A stretch of 64,000 nucleotides of DNA. Origin: Candidatus Moraniibacteriota bacterium. GTDB lineage: Bacteria > Patescibacteriota > Minisyncoccia > Moranbacterales > UBA1568. The stretch spans positions 236,173 through 300,172 of the forward strand of contig JBPOIB010000001.1 of assembly GCA_052034935.1 (NCBI GenBank), read 5' to 3'. Under the pieces are notes generated by a model that saw only the letters and a program-made list of their open reading frames with translations, was not told the origin of the DNA and did not search any database. Shown here one piece after another: positions 28,658-38,150 of this stretch. Both the position numbers and the translations under genes were made by a program. Positions within the stretch are counted from its first letter, which is position 1. Every line of letters starts with the position of its first letter.

Positions 28658-30571
28658 ATGGAAATCTTTTCTCAATCATTCGCCTTTCTCACGACGCTCG
28701 TTCTCGCCTTTCTTCTGCCGGGCTTCGTGCTCTGGCGTGCCCTGTTCGGTCGCACGTTTTCGCGGGCCGAAGAACTTTTCTTTTCATTTATCGGGAGCAT
28801 CATTTTGGTCGACCTTCTCATGCTCATCTATAGCCGAATCGGTATCCCACTCTCTGGCCCAGTCGTCGGTGGCACACTCTTCTTTGTCACCCTCCTTGCT
28901 GGTGCTTACGCGCGGAAGAAGGGTGCACTCTTTTCTGGCCGATCGATTCCGGAAAGCTTTTCACCGAAAACGAATCTCCTCATCCTCGCGGTCTTCATCC
29001 TCGCGGTCTTCATCCGGACCATTTTCCTCTCGTCCAACATGCTACCGACGGCGACCGATCTCGGCCATCATATGTACTGGAGCGCGGTCATCGCCGAGAC
29101 CGAGGCCATCCCACCCTACGAAAAGATAGAGGTCGTGACGAATCCGGAAACCGGTGCATCCCTGGTTGCCCCGCCGAAACCAATTGCTGACTTCATCATC
29201 GGCGAACACCTCCCCTTTGCGCTCTTTCATTCCCTGAGCGGTCTCTCCTTCCAAAGCGCGTTCCCGATTCTTTTCCTCCACCTCATCAATCTGCTCTCGG
29301 TCATTGCCGTCGTCCTCCTCGCCTATCGCCTGGCTGAGCCGCTCGCGCCCAAAGTGAAGCCCGAATGGGTCGCGCTCGCGGTCCTCCTCCTCCTCGGACC
29401 CTTGTTCGCGCTCGCTTCCCCTCAGGCCAAATTCGTTTCAGGTGGTGTCGTCGGCAATCTTTTTGGCAATCTCTTCATCCCGGCTATCCTTCTTCTCTTC
29501 TATCGCGCCTTCGCTGACCGTAAATCACTGCTTTTCGCCGTGGCGATTGTACTGTCATTTTTCCTCGCGTATACCCATCATCTCTCGACGCTGGTCCTCG
29601 CCTTTATCCTCGTTGGTACCGGAGTCGCCTTCGTCATCGGTTCACTTCGAACGAAAGAAGACTTCGTGAGGAGCACACTCAAGCTCGTCATCTCTCCATC
29701 TGTCCTCGCGACACTTTTCTTCGCGTTTGCATTCATGGCGCTCGTCGCACTGCCGTCTTACCTCGATACCAAAGCGATTGACTCCGCTATCGGCACTCCG
29801 ACCAAGACGACGCGGACCGGCCTTTCTTTCTTCCAGGTTTCGAACTCGATTGGTGGCGGCAAAGTAGCGCTCGGTGTCATCGGTCTCGCCTTTGGGCTCT
29901 TCACCCTCTTCCGCCGACCGCTTCCGGGCGCGCTTATTTTCGCTTGGGGTGGCACACTCCTCGTCATGGCCCTTTTCCCACACTGGCTCTTCCTCGATAT
30001 CCCCTCGGGTCGGGTCGGGAGCTATCTCGCCTATCCGATAGCGCTTGCCGGTGGCTTCGCGCTTGCCTGGCTCATCCAGCTTTTCATCGTCGACCGCACG
30101 CTCCCTCGTCCGCTGACCATCATTGCTGCCGCCTCTCTTTTCGCCTTCGTCATCGGTACCGGATCATCCGACAATGCTGGCTCCCTCACGAACAAAGACC
30201 GCTCCTACGAGCTCGTCCAGACGATTGCTGCGACCGAGTACCTGGCCGACCATGCTGATGGCGCCATGATATTGAAGGACCACAACTACCTCTCGGCCGA
30301 TGCCTGGATGAAGCTTTCCTTCCTGAAAGACTACGGCTACCCACTCTCACGTGGGCTCTTTGGTCGCTACGAGGAAGGTGGCAATCGCCGTGAGCGCTGT
30401 ACCCTCGCCATGATTTCAACCCCAAATACCGAAGCTGGCGTCCGCTGCTATGACGAGACCGGTGTCCGCTATCTCGTCGTGAACCCCGTTTACGACCGCG
30501 CGCAGTTCGAGAAATCAGATTCGTTCTCCAAACTCTACACGAGCCAAACAGCAGCTATCTACCAGCGATGA
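28658..30571 (+). CDS. Large polytopic membrane protein (637 aa, at least 12 TM), putative GT-C-fold glycosyltransferase or polymerase
   Basis: Hydrophobic helices run throughout and the protein ends in a C-terminal soluble domain of about 120 aa. No definitive motif was recognised. Confidence 0.4.
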   Translation: MEIFSQSFAFLTTLVLAFLLPGFVLWRALFGRTFSRAEELFFSFIGSIILVDLLMLIYSRIGIPLSGPVVGGTLFFVTLLAGAYARKKGALFSGRSIPESFSPKTNLLILAVFILAVFIRTIFLSSNMLPTATDLGHHMYWSAVIAETEAIPPYEKIEVVTNPETGASLVAPPKPIADFIIGEHLPFALFHSLSGLSFQSAFPILFLHLINLLSVIAVVLLAYRLAEPLAPKVKPEWVALAVLLLLGPLFALASPQAKFVSGGVVGNLFGNLFIPAILLLFYRAFADRKSLLFAVAIVLSFFLAYTHHLSTLVLAFILVGTGVAFVIGSLRTKEDFVRSTLKLVISPSVLATLFFAFAFMALVALPSYLDTKAIDSAIGTPTKTTRTGLSFFQVSNSIGGGKVALGVIGLAFGLFTLFRRPLPGALIFAWGGTLLVMALFPHWLFLDIPSGRVGSYLAYPIALAGGFALAWLIQLFIVDRTLPRPLTIIAAASLFAFVIGTGSSDNAGSLTNKDRSYELVQTIAATEYLADHADGAMILKDHNYLSADAWMKLSFLKDYGYPLSRGLFGRYEEGGNRRERCTLAMISTPNTEAGVRCYDETGVRYLVVNPVYDRAQFEKSDSFSKLYTSQTAAIYQR

Positions 30572-31116
30572 CTACGTATATAGCCCTTATTCGCGGCATC
30601 AATGTTGGTGGCAAAAACAAGATGCCGATGTCAAAACTGAAGAGCGTTCTCGAGACGCACGGATTTTCCGATGTTTCGACGTATATCGCCAGCGGCAATG
30701 TCATTTTAAAATCCAAAAGGCCAGCTTCCGAAGTACAGGATGTGTTTGAGAAGATCCTGCCAAAAAACTTCGATCTCGATACTAAACTCATCAGAGTTCT
30801 CGTCCTGACCCATGAGCAACTAAAGACTATCGTTCACAAAAAGCCGCACGGCTTCGGCGGACAGTCGGATAAGTACCATAGTGACACCATTTTTCTGATT
30901 GGTATTCCTTCGTCCCAAGCTATCACTCTATTCAGTCCACGCGAAGGCGTCGATAAAGTCTGGCCGGGCGATGGTGTGGTCTATTCACAGCGTCTCAGTG
31001 CCTTACGGACGAAAAGCCGCCTCAACAAAATCATGAGCACCCCGGAGTATCAGCTCATGACGATTCGCAATTGGAATACCACCCTGAAACTGCTGGAATT
31101 AAGCCGTCCGCAATAA
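30568..31116 (+). CDS. DUF1697 family protein
   Basis: The N-terminus MTTYIALIRGINVGGKNKMPMSKLKSVLETHGFSDVSTYIASGNVILKS matches the DUF1697 consensus. It shares an ATGA overlap with the upstream gene. GC is low. Confidence 0.7.
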   Translation: MTTYIALIRGINVGGKNKMPMSKLKSVLETHGFSDVSTYIASGNVILKSKRPASEVQDVFEKILPKNFDLDTKLIRVLVLTHEQLKTIVHKKPHGFGGQSDKYHSDTIFLIGIPSSQAITLFSPREGVDKVWPGDGVVYSQRLSALRTKSRLNKIMSTPEYQLMTIRNWNTTLKLLELSRPQ

Positions 31117-31171
31117 TCTATTAATTTTCAGAAAATACTCTTTTTTCAGCTTCAATAAGCCTCTTTTTCTA

Positions 31172-31200
31172 TTGACGGATAGCATATTTTGTGCTATCAT
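31172..31200 (+). promoter_or_regulatory. Sigma70-like promoter TTGACG-N17-TGcTATCAT
   Basis: TTGACG at 31172-31177, a 17-nt spacer ending in TGc, and TATCAT at 31195-31200, all inside an AT-rich stretch. Confidence 0.5.
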
Positions 31201-31264
31201 ATGTAGTCCGATGAGTTTTTCGTCGGCCACACCCAACCCTTCCTTCCCAACTGGAGCCCCCACA

Positions 31265-31765
31265 ATGTCCAAGCTCATTTCCGCTCTGATCACCGCCCTG
31301 CTGGCATTCGCCGCTTTCAGCGTGCACGCCGGTCTGGGGCGTATCAACCCCGAAGAGCAGGCTTTCCGCAACAATGACGGCGAGTACCTGATCGTCAAGT
31401 CCAACGGGAACATCGACGCCTACGTGGCCGTCACTACGGCCATCATCAAGGCCGGCTACTACACCACCAGCGGCATCGAGCCCGGCACCAAGACCGACAC
31501 TTGGTGCAAAGTGAACGTCTACCAGGAACGTCAGATCCTGGGCGAGTGCTACACGCCGCGCATGGGGTTCGGCATCTCCGTGCGCGACGATCTGGCCTGG
31601 ACACGCGAACAGTTCAAAGGTGACTACTCCGGCGTGGTGACGATGATCGCCAAGATCCGCAACGAACACCGCCGCGCCAGCGCCTTCCTGAAGGCGAACT
31701 CCAGGTCGGATGAGGCTGTTCAGTACCCGCTCAACGAAGCGCCGCCCGTAGCCGATAGGAAGTAG
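31265..31765 (+). CDS. Secreted hypothetical protein (signal peptide), high-GC cassette
   Basis: MSKLISALITALLAFAAFSVHA is a signal peptide. GC is about 62% with a strong GC3 bias. The gene has its own promoter and terminator. Confidence 0.55.
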   Translation: MSKLISALITALLAFAAFSVHAGLGRINPEEQAFRNNDGEYLIVKSNGNIDAYVAVTTAIIKAGYYTTSGIEPGTKTDTWCKVNVYQERQILGECYTPRMGFGISVRDDLAWTREQFKGDYSGVVTMIAKIRNEHRRASAFLKANSRSDEAVQYPLNEAPPVADRK

Positions 31766-31800
31766 CGCCCGCTACAAGGCCGTCTCAACCGAGACTACAG

Positions 31801-31831
31801 ACGACCCGCCACAAGAGGTCGTTTTTCTTTT
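31801..31831 (+). terminator. Rho-independent terminator
   Basis: The stem acgacc-cgccacaaga-ggtcgt is followed by ttttcttttg. Confidence 0.6.
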
Positions 31832-31833
31832 GT

Positions 31834-32853
31834 CTAAAGAGCGATTTTCTTGAATCCCTCCTCTATTGCCTCGCGGTCGAGGTTTTGACCGATGACGACG
31901 ATTGTCGTTTCGCGCTTTTCATCCACTTTCCACTCTCGGTCCGGGATAACGGTATAGAGTGCATGCACGCCTTGGAGGATGGCACGCTTCCCTTCCCATT
32001 CGTCCGAATAAATTATGCCTTTGTAGCGAAAGAGATCTGGCCCAAGGGTATTCTGAAGCTCTCCAATCCACTCATAGAGCCGATCAAGCTGAATCGGCTT
32101 TTCGCTGCGGAGTACCAGGCTCGAGATACCATGCGTGTGACTCGCATGATTGTGGTCATCATAGTCGTGGTCATGCATCACTTCGGGTGGCGCAAAGAAG
32201 CGTCGCTCGCGGAAGAGCTCGCTATTCGGCACCGCTCCTTCATCGACCTGGATGATTGGCACCGTCCGGTTGATAGCGTGGATCTTCGATTCAATCTCCG
32301 GTATGAGTATTTTTCGAGCCTCGACCGGAATGAGGTCGGTCTTCGACAGGATAACGAGGTCAGCAAGCGCGATCTGCTCCGCCGCGACCGGTAGGTACCC
32401 GAGCTGGCGCTCGATATGGAGCGCGTCGACGACGGTCACGATCGACGATATCTCGTAGGCGGCCATGAGCACCTCGTCGGTCATAAATGTCTGAACGAGC
32501 GGGATCGGGTCAGCGAGGCCAGTAGTCTCGATCACGATGCGGTCGAACTCGAGCTTTGTAGCACCATCCATCTCGAGCTTGCGCTTGAGGAGATCAGTCA
32601 AGGTCTCAACCAGGTCGTTCCGCACCGTGCAGCAGATACAGCCGTTGTCGAGCGTGACGAGGTGCTCTTCGCCAGAAGCCACGAGCGCGCCGTCGATATC
32701 GGCCGCGCCGAATTCATTCACGATGACCGCGATTTTCTCCCCCGTTTCGCTCCGGAGGATCTGGTTGAGGAGAGTGGTTTTGCCCGCACCGAGGAAGCCG
32801 GTCAGAATCGTGACCGGGATTTTCTTGAAAAGCGGCGAATCGTCTTTTTCCAT
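31834..32853 (-). CDS. COG0523/CobW-family G3E GTPase (putative zinc metallochaperone)
   Basis: GFLGAGKTTLLN is the Walker A motif. GCICCTV is the CxCC motif. A His-rich stretch MHDHDYDDHNHASHTHG is present. I set the start at ATG 32853. Confidence 0.8.
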   Translation of the reverse strand: MEKDDSPLFKKIPVTILTGFLGAGKTTLLNQILRSETGEKIAVIVNEFGAADIDGALVASGEEHLVTLDNGCICCTVRNDLVETLTDLLKRKLEMDGATKLEFDRIVIETTGLADPIPLVQTFMTDEVLMAAYEISSIVTVVDALHIERQLGYLPVAAEQIALADLVILSKTDLIPVEARKILIPEIESKIHAINRTVPIIQVDEGAVPNSELFRERRFFAPPEVMHDHDYDDHNHASHTHGISSLVLRSEKPIQLDRLYEWIGELQNTLGPDLFRYKGIIYSDEWEGKRAILQGVHALYTVIPDREWKVDEKRETTIVVIGQNLDREAIEEGFKKIAL

Positions 32854-32952
32854 ACGAGTATGCAGTATCGGCATGATAGAGAGCCTGTTCCAAACCGTCA
32901 ACGGAGACAGCTGGAATATCGGGTTGGAAACGGCTATAATAACGGGGTACAT

Positions 32953-33309
32953 ATGCCTGAAAAACGCCTGCTTCTCAGTCTTTTTGTTTTGTTTGCGCTT
33001 TCCGCTGTTTTCCTCACGGCCGCGAATATCCGAGGTATCGATCCGGACGGAAAAAACTGGTGGAGCCTGGCTTTCGCTGAGCCCACTAGCGAGTCCAGCC
33101 TCGTTTTCACGGTGACCAATCATACCGAGAACCCGTCTTTCCGCTACACCATCACCCGTGGTCTAGAAACGCTCGAGACCAGTGAATTTTCCGTCCCAAC
33201 GGGCACGAGCGGGAATCAGTCCCCGAAAGCAACTATCGACCTCTCCGGCCGGATTACCATCACCGTCACGCACGAGGGTTCCGAGGAAACTATCTATCGT
33301 AACTTATGA
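32953..33309 (+). CDS. Small secreted hypothetical protein (118 aa)
   Basis: MPEKRLLLSLFVLFALSAVFLTAANIRG is a signal peptide. The stop overlaps the next ATG in an ATGA configuration. Confidence 0.5.
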   Translation: MPEKRLLLSLFVLFALSAVFLTAANIRGIDPDGKNWWSLAFAEPTSESSLVFTVTNHTENPSFRYTITRGLETLETSEFSVPTGTSGNQSPKATIDLSGRITITVTHEGSEETIYRNL

Positions 33310-34430
33310 AAAAAGTTCTCCTCGTCACCCGACCGATTGTCCCTCCCTGGGATGAAGCCTCCAAGAACTTCGCCTATTTCCTCGCTCGGAGTGTCGCCGG
33401 TCATGAACTCACCCTCCTCACCGCGTCCGCCGATCGGCTCGAAAAACTTCCCGAGGCTGCCAAGCAGGTGCCAATTTATGATTCTTCCTCTTTCGACTGG
33501 AAAGCCAAACTAGACCTTTTCCGCTATCTTCGGAAAAGCCGTGACAGTTTTGACGTGACGCATTACCTCTTCACCCCGACGAAATTCAATACGAAAGCCC
33601 TCACGACCTTCGCCCGTCCGACGAGAGGCAGGACGATCCAGACGGTCGCGACGCTCCGCTCTGATCTGTACAGCGAAGCCGAACTGAAGGCGCTCCTCTT
33701 CGCCGACCGCATCACCGTCTATACCGACGCCACCAAGACGAAGCTCACTACTCTCGGCTTCAGCAATGTCGAGCGAATCTACCCGGGCATCGATCTCGAG
33801 AAGTATCAGATCCGCCCGAAGAGCCAAACCGTGCTCGACCAGTATCAGCTCGCGGCCGATGATTTCCTGGTTGTCTATCCGGGAGAGTATACCCGCCTCG
33901 GCGCGACCGATTTCCTCGTCGAGACGCTCATCGGATATTTCGCCAATCCCGACGCCGAGCGTTTCATCTTTCATTTCGCCTGCCGCATCAAGAACGAGGC
34001 TGATCGAGTGAAGCGCGAGGAAGTCCGCGAACGCTTCCGCGCCGCCGGCTGCCTCGACCGCATCCGCTTCGATGAAGGCCATGCGACCGCCGATATGGCT
34101 GCCGTGTACAATACCGCCGACGTCATCGCGTTCCCGGTGGGCGACTTGAAGGGGAAGTTCGATGTGCCGCTCATCATCATCGAAGGCTACGCTTCGGGCA
34201 AGCCCGTTATCCTGTCGGATCTCCCAGCTTTCGGAGAGTTTTCAAATGACCAGATTTCTGCTACTATTCCCCGGCTCGAAAGCGCTCCGCTCATCGATAA
34301 AATCCTTTATTTGAAGCATAATCCGGAAAAGCGTCACGCCATGGGCCAGGCGGCACGCGCCTACAGCGAGGCTCATTTCGACCTCCGGGAAACGGCCCGC
34401 CGGTACAGCGCACTCTACGCGTCGCTCTAA
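33306..34430 (+). CDS. Glycosyltransferase family 4-like (GT-B)
   Basis: IIIEGYASGKPVILSDLPAFGE is a GT4-like C-terminal motif. Confidence 0.6.
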   Translation: MKKVLLVTRPIVPPWDEASKNFAYFLARSVAGHELTLLTASADRLEKLPEAAKQVPIYDSSSFDWKAKLDLFRYLRKSRDSFDVTHYLFTPTKFNTKALTTFARPTRGRTIQTVATLRSDLYSEAELKALLFADRITVYTDATKTKLTTLGFSNVERIYPGIDLEKYQIRPKSQTVLDQYQLAADDFLVVYPGEYTRLGATDFLVETLIGYFANPDAERFIFHFACRIKNEADRVKREEVRERFRAAGCLDRIRFDEGHATADMAAVYNTADVIAFPVGDLKGKFDVPLIIIEGYASGKPVILSDLPAFGEFSNDQISATIPRLESAPLIDKILYLKHNPEKRHAMGQAARAYSEAHFDLRETARRYSALYASL

Positions 34431-34448
34431 CACCCAATCCAATCACCT

Positions 34449-35954
34449 ATGTACGAAGACAAGATCAAGAAAATCAGCGCGGTCAAGCAGGAAATGAAGA
34501 CCGAGAAGATGAAAGTTCCCGTCGTGTTCCATGTCGGCGACGAGCTCATGCCGAGCGATGCCACCCTGGAGCAGCTCGAGAGCGTGGCGAGCAATGACAC
34601 CGTCTTCCACCACATCGCCGCGATGGCCGATGTCCACTCGAAGCCGGGCCGCAAGAACGCGACCGGCACCACCGTCACTTCCAAAGAGCATATCCTCCCG
34701 CAGGTGAACGATTCCGATCCGGCCTGCGGCATGCGCCTGGTGAAGACGAACCTGACCGAAGAGAATATCACTCCCGAGGAGCTCGATGTGCTCTTCAAGT
34801 CGCTCGTCGAGACGGTTCCGACGAAAAGGTTTATCGGTACGCGCGTTTCATTCAACACCGTCGTCGATATCTGCCGCGGAGGCATCCGTCCGCTCGTGAA
34901 GGCGCTCGGTATCGAGACCAAGAACGAAGAGACACACTGCATCGAAAACGGCAATTTTTTCCCGCAGGAAGTCTCGCGGCAGAGCATCTTCGATGTCATC
35001 CCGAAGCTTTTCCTCTGGTTTGCCACCTTCCGCCTCGGCATCCTCGGTGCGGCCGGCAATCACTTCCTCGACCTCATGAAAGTGACCGGCATCGAGGACG
35101 AGGAGACCGCCAAGAAGTTCGGCCTCAAAAACGGCCAGTATGTCTTCATGGTTCACTGCGGCTCGGGCATCCTGGGACAATACACGATGTACATGTATAC
35201 CGCGAAGAAGCGCGAACACCTCTCGCAGGCGATCATGGTCGAGCTCGGCAAGCTCCTCTTCCGCTCACCGCTGAAACCCGTCTACAGTCGCATCGCGAAG
35301 AAGATCAAAGAGTACCAGTTCGGCGCCAAGGAAGAGCTCTTTACCTACGATGGCCACGGACCCGAGGGAGAGATGTATATGGCGGCGCGCAATGCCTGCT
35401 CGAACTTTGCCCATGCCAACCGGGCGGTCATCACCCATAACGTGAGCGAAACGGTGAAACGCGTTCTTGGCCGCGACCCCGAGCTCGAGCTCCTCTACGA
35501 TATGCCGCATATCCTCGTTTCCGAAGAAGAGCACTTCGGCGAAAAAATCTGGGTTCATCGGAACGGCACCAGTCGAGCCTATGGTCCGACACGGATGAGC
35601 AACCATCCGCTCTTCAAGGAAACCGGCGAGCCGGCCTTTATTCCGTCTTCGATGTCGACCGAAGCCTTCCTCTGCGTCGGCATGGATGGCAACGAATCAA
35701 GCTTCTACTCCTGCAATCACGGGGCCGGCAAAGCGAAGGCGAAGTCGGATGCAGTGACACCCGAAGACAAAGCTGCCCTCCATGAGAAGCTCGCCGGCCG
35801 CGGCGTCCGCCTCTATAACGGCCAGTCCTCGAAAGTCATCGAACAGGACAGCTCGCACTACAAGCGCATCGACGACATCATCGCGACCGTGAAGGAGAAC
35901 CAGGTCGTGAAGCCGGTTGCCCGACTCATGCCCGTCTCGATCATCATGTACTAA
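34449..35954 (+). CDS. rtcB: RtcB family RNA 3'-phosphate ligase
   Basis: ADVHSKPGRKNATGTTV is a metal-binding-His motif. DPACGMRLV contains the Cys. WVHRNGTSRA and YSCNHGAGKAKAKSDA contain the nucleophile-His region. Confidence 0.8.
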   Translation: MYEDKIKKISAVKQEMKTEKMKVPVVFHVGDELMPSDATLEQLESVASNDTVFHHIAAMADVHSKPGRKNATGTTVTSKEHILPQVNDSDPACGMRLVKTNLTEENITPEELDVLFKSLVETVPTKRFIGTRVSFNTVVDICRGGIRPLVKALGIETKNEETHCIENGNFFPQEVSRQSIFDVIPKLFLWFATFRLGILGAAGNHFLDLMKVTGIEDEETAKKFGLKNGQYVFMVHCGSGILGQYTMYMYTAKKREHLSQAIMVELGKLLFRSPLKPVYSRIAKKIKEYQFGAKEELFTYDGHGPEGEMYMAARNACSNFAHANRAVITHNVSETVKRVLGRDPELELLYDMPHILVSEEEHFGEKIWVHRNGTSRAYGPTRMSNHPLFKETGEPAFIPSSMSTEAFLCVGMDGNESSFYSCNHGAGKAKAKSDAVTPEDKAALHEKLAGRGVRLYNGQSSKVIEQDSSHYKRIDDIIATVKENQVVKPVARLMPVSIIMY

Positions 35955-35983
35955 TTTGTTCCTACTGGAGCGGGATTGACGCT

Positions 35984-36583
35984 ATGAAAATCATCACCTT
36001 CAGCGGCGTCGACGGTTCGGGAAAGTCGAGCCAACTCGAACTCTTCCAAAAGGAACTCGAGAACCGGGGTGTACAAGCAGCGTATTTTCACGCTGTCCAC
36101 TTTAGCCTCCCCCAGGCAGCGAAACGGCTCTTCGCGCGAAGCTTGAGCAAGCCGGGCGTTTCAAAAGCGGTGACGAAGAGCTCCGGCCTCGGGGTGCTGC
36201 TGCGCAAAGGAGTGCTCCTCCTTGATCTCTTCCGCTTCCGGAGTTATCTGAAGCAGCTTGAGCGCTCGGGAGTGACCCATCTCATCTCGGACCGTTACTT
36301 CTATGATAGCCTCGTCAATATCGCCTATCTCGACGGCACTTCAATCGATACTGCCTACGCCCGCTTCGCAGCGCGCTTCATCCCAAAGCCAGACCGAGCT
36401 TTCTTCCTTTCAGTTTCGCCCGAAGCTGTGATGACCAGAGAACGCGCGCCCGAACAAGGGCTCCAGTATCTGAAGGATAAGCAGAGCCTCTTCGAGGAAG
36501 CGGCCACACTCTGGGGTTTCGTCGTAATCGACGCCAATGCTCCGCTCGATGCGGTCCGCGCCGCTGTTTCCGAACGCATATGA
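35984..36583 (+). CDS. Thymidylate-kinase-fold P-loop kinase lacking the canonical TMP-binding (REPGG) segment
   Basis: ITFSGVDGSGKSSQ is the P-loop. ISDRYFYDSLV is the DRY/DRH motif. AFFLSVSPEAVMTR is the lid-like segment. Confidence 0.55.
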   Translation: MKIITFSGVDGSGKSSQLELFQKELENRGVQAAYFHAVHFSLPQAAKRLFARSLSKPGVSKAVTKSSGLGVLLRKGVLLLDLFRFRSYLKQLERSGVTHLISDRYFYDSLVNIAYLDGTSIDTAYARFAARFIPKPDRAFFLSVSPEAVMTRERAPEQGLQYLKDKQSLFEEAATLWGFVVIDANAPLDAVRAAVSERI

Positions 36584-38073
36584 AACACTTCTCCCGCTCA
36601 CTCGTCTGGCTCACCGCTTCCGAGATCGCCTTTAATGTGGCCGCCTACATCGTCCACTCAGTCGTCGGGCGCATCCTCGGACCCGCCGACTACGGCCGTT
36701 ACGGGCTCGTGGTCACCTTCACAACCATGATCATCGTCCTCATCGGGAACGGCATCCCGACCGCGATGTCGAAATACCTGAGCGAGGTGCTCGAGGCGAA
36801 TCCTGGTCGGATCAAGGCGATCAAGCGAAAAACCGCCACCCTTCAAGTCATCATCATCGGCGCCGTGACGGCCGTATTTTTCCTCGTGTCTCCGCTCATC
36901 GCAGCACTTCTCCATGATCCCTCCCTCACCCCGCTCTTCCAACTCTCATCACTTGTCATCCCAGCCTTCGCAGCGGCCTCGTTCTATCATTACTACCTCA
37001 TCGGGCTTCATCTCTTCCGGATTCAGGCAATTGTAAAGATTATCCGTTCCTTCGCGCGAGTCGGATGCATCGCTCTCGCTGCCATCTATTTCGGCCTTGA
37101 TGGCGCGATTGCTGGGTACATCCTCGCGCCGCTCCTCACCTTCATCGCAGTCGTCCTCATAGACGAATTCTATATCAAACGCCACCTCGGCCTGGGTAAG
37201 GAAATAGGGAAGACTGGCTTCCAGTTTCCGGCTAAAATACTCCTCAATTATGCTGGCCCGCTCACGCTCTTTCTCATTTTTTATGAGCTTATCCTCACGC
37301 TCGATCTCTACTTCGTGAAAGCTCTCCTCCAGGACGACCACCTGACCGGACTCTACAATGCAGCGATCACCGTCGGTCGCATCCCATACTACCTCTTCGC
37401 GGCACTCGCGATGATCATGCTCCCCGCGATCTCAAAAACCACCGCCGAGCGTAATGACGCCGAAACCACCTCGCTCGTCGAGCGCTCGCTCCGCCTCCTC
37501 GCACTCATCCTCTTTCCACTCGTCGCACTCCTCTCAGCCTATGCAAACGAAATCCTCCATCTCTTCTACGGAAGCCGCTACGACGGCGCGGCGGCAGCCA
37601 TGCAAGTCTTTGCGGTCGGTGTCGGCTTCCTCACCGTCTTCTATGTCCTCGCCTTCGCACTCAACGGCGCCGGACTCGTGAAGATACCGCTCCGCCTTTC
37701 GTTCGCCGGTTTTTTCGGCATGCTTGTCCTCAATTTCGCCCTCATCCCGCCCTTTGGCATCGTCGGCGCCGCCCTCGCGACGACCATCATCTCTGGACTC
37801 CTCATGCTCGGCATTCTCGTCTACACCGAAATCAACTTCCACGCCAAGCTCTCGATCCGCCTCATCCTCATCTCTCTTGTCACTGCCATCGGTATCGCTC
37901 TCCTTGCTGTCTCTATCCCCCCAGCCGGACCTTGGAGTTTCCTTGTCTCTGGTACCATCCTCGCCGCGCTGTATTACGGTGTGCTCCGACTTTTTGGTGA
38001 GCTCACCGATGATGATATCGCCCCGCTTTTGAAAGCATTTTCTCGAAAGAAGTCTGACTCTCAGGAATCTTGA
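36580..38073 (+). CDS. MOP-superfamily polysaccharide flippase (Wzx-like)
   Basis: About 14 TM helices are predicted and the protein is 497 aa. The N-terminus LVWLTASEIAFNVAAYIVHSVVGRILGPADYGRYGLV is typical of Wzx/PST family proteins. Confidence 0.7.
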   Translation: MKHFSRSLVWLTASEIAFNVAAYIVHSVVGRILGPADYGRYGLVVTFTTMIIVLIGNGIPTAMSKYLSEVLEANPGRIKAIKRKTATLQVIIIGAVTAVFFLVSPLIAALLHDPSLTPLFQLSSLVIPAFAAASFYHYYLIGLHLFRIQAIVKIIRSFARVGCIALAAIYFGLDGAIAGYILAPLLTFIAVVLIDEFYIKRHLGLGKEIGKTGFQFPAKILLNYAGPLTLFLIFYELILTLDLYFVKALLQDDHLTGLYNAAITVGRIPYYLFAALAMIMLPAISKTTAERNDAETTSLVERSLRLLALILFPLVALLSAYANEILHLFYGSRYDGAAAAMQVFAVGVGFLTVFYVLAFALNGAGLVKIPLRLSFAGFFGMLVLNFALIPPFGIVGAALATTIISGLLMLGILVYTEINFHAKLSIRLILISLVTAIGIALLAVSIPPAGPWSFLVSGTILAALYYGVLRLFGELTDDDIAPLLKAFSRKKSDSQES

Positions 38074-38115
38074 TTCTTGTTCCGTTCAGAGAAAAAAGTT
38101 GTTTATTGTTTTTGA

Positions 38116-38150
38116 AAAATAAAAAGCCCCGAGTCACAAGGGAAACGGGG
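38116..38150 (-). terminator. Rho-independent terminator on minus strand about 280 nt beyond the nearest minus-strand stop
   Basis: On the minus strand the stem ccccg-tttcccttgtgact-cgggg is followed by ctttttatttttc. Confidence 0.55.

Noticed and set aside
27437-28675. 412-aa minus-strand ORF
   Set aside because: It is antisense to the GT4 gene 27518-28654, which carries the EGFGISVLEAS motif. It is Asp/Glu/Arg-rich and has no domain.
27972-29129. 385-aa plus-strand ORF rich in Ser/Arg/Pro
   Set aside because: It is an alternative frame overlapping the GT4 gene and the start of the membrane protein. Its low-complexity composition makes it a frame artefact.
32416-32952. 5' portion of the 297-aa plus-strand ORF
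   Set aside because: It is antisense to the COG0523 GTPase. Only the 3' part from ATG 32953 (signal peptide) is called as a real small gene.
34449-35954. RtcB as part of a phage-defence or tRNA-repair island
   Set aside because: No nuclease, anticodon nuclease, archease or Hen1/Pnkp partner is adjacent. The surrounding genes are glycan biosynthesis genes.
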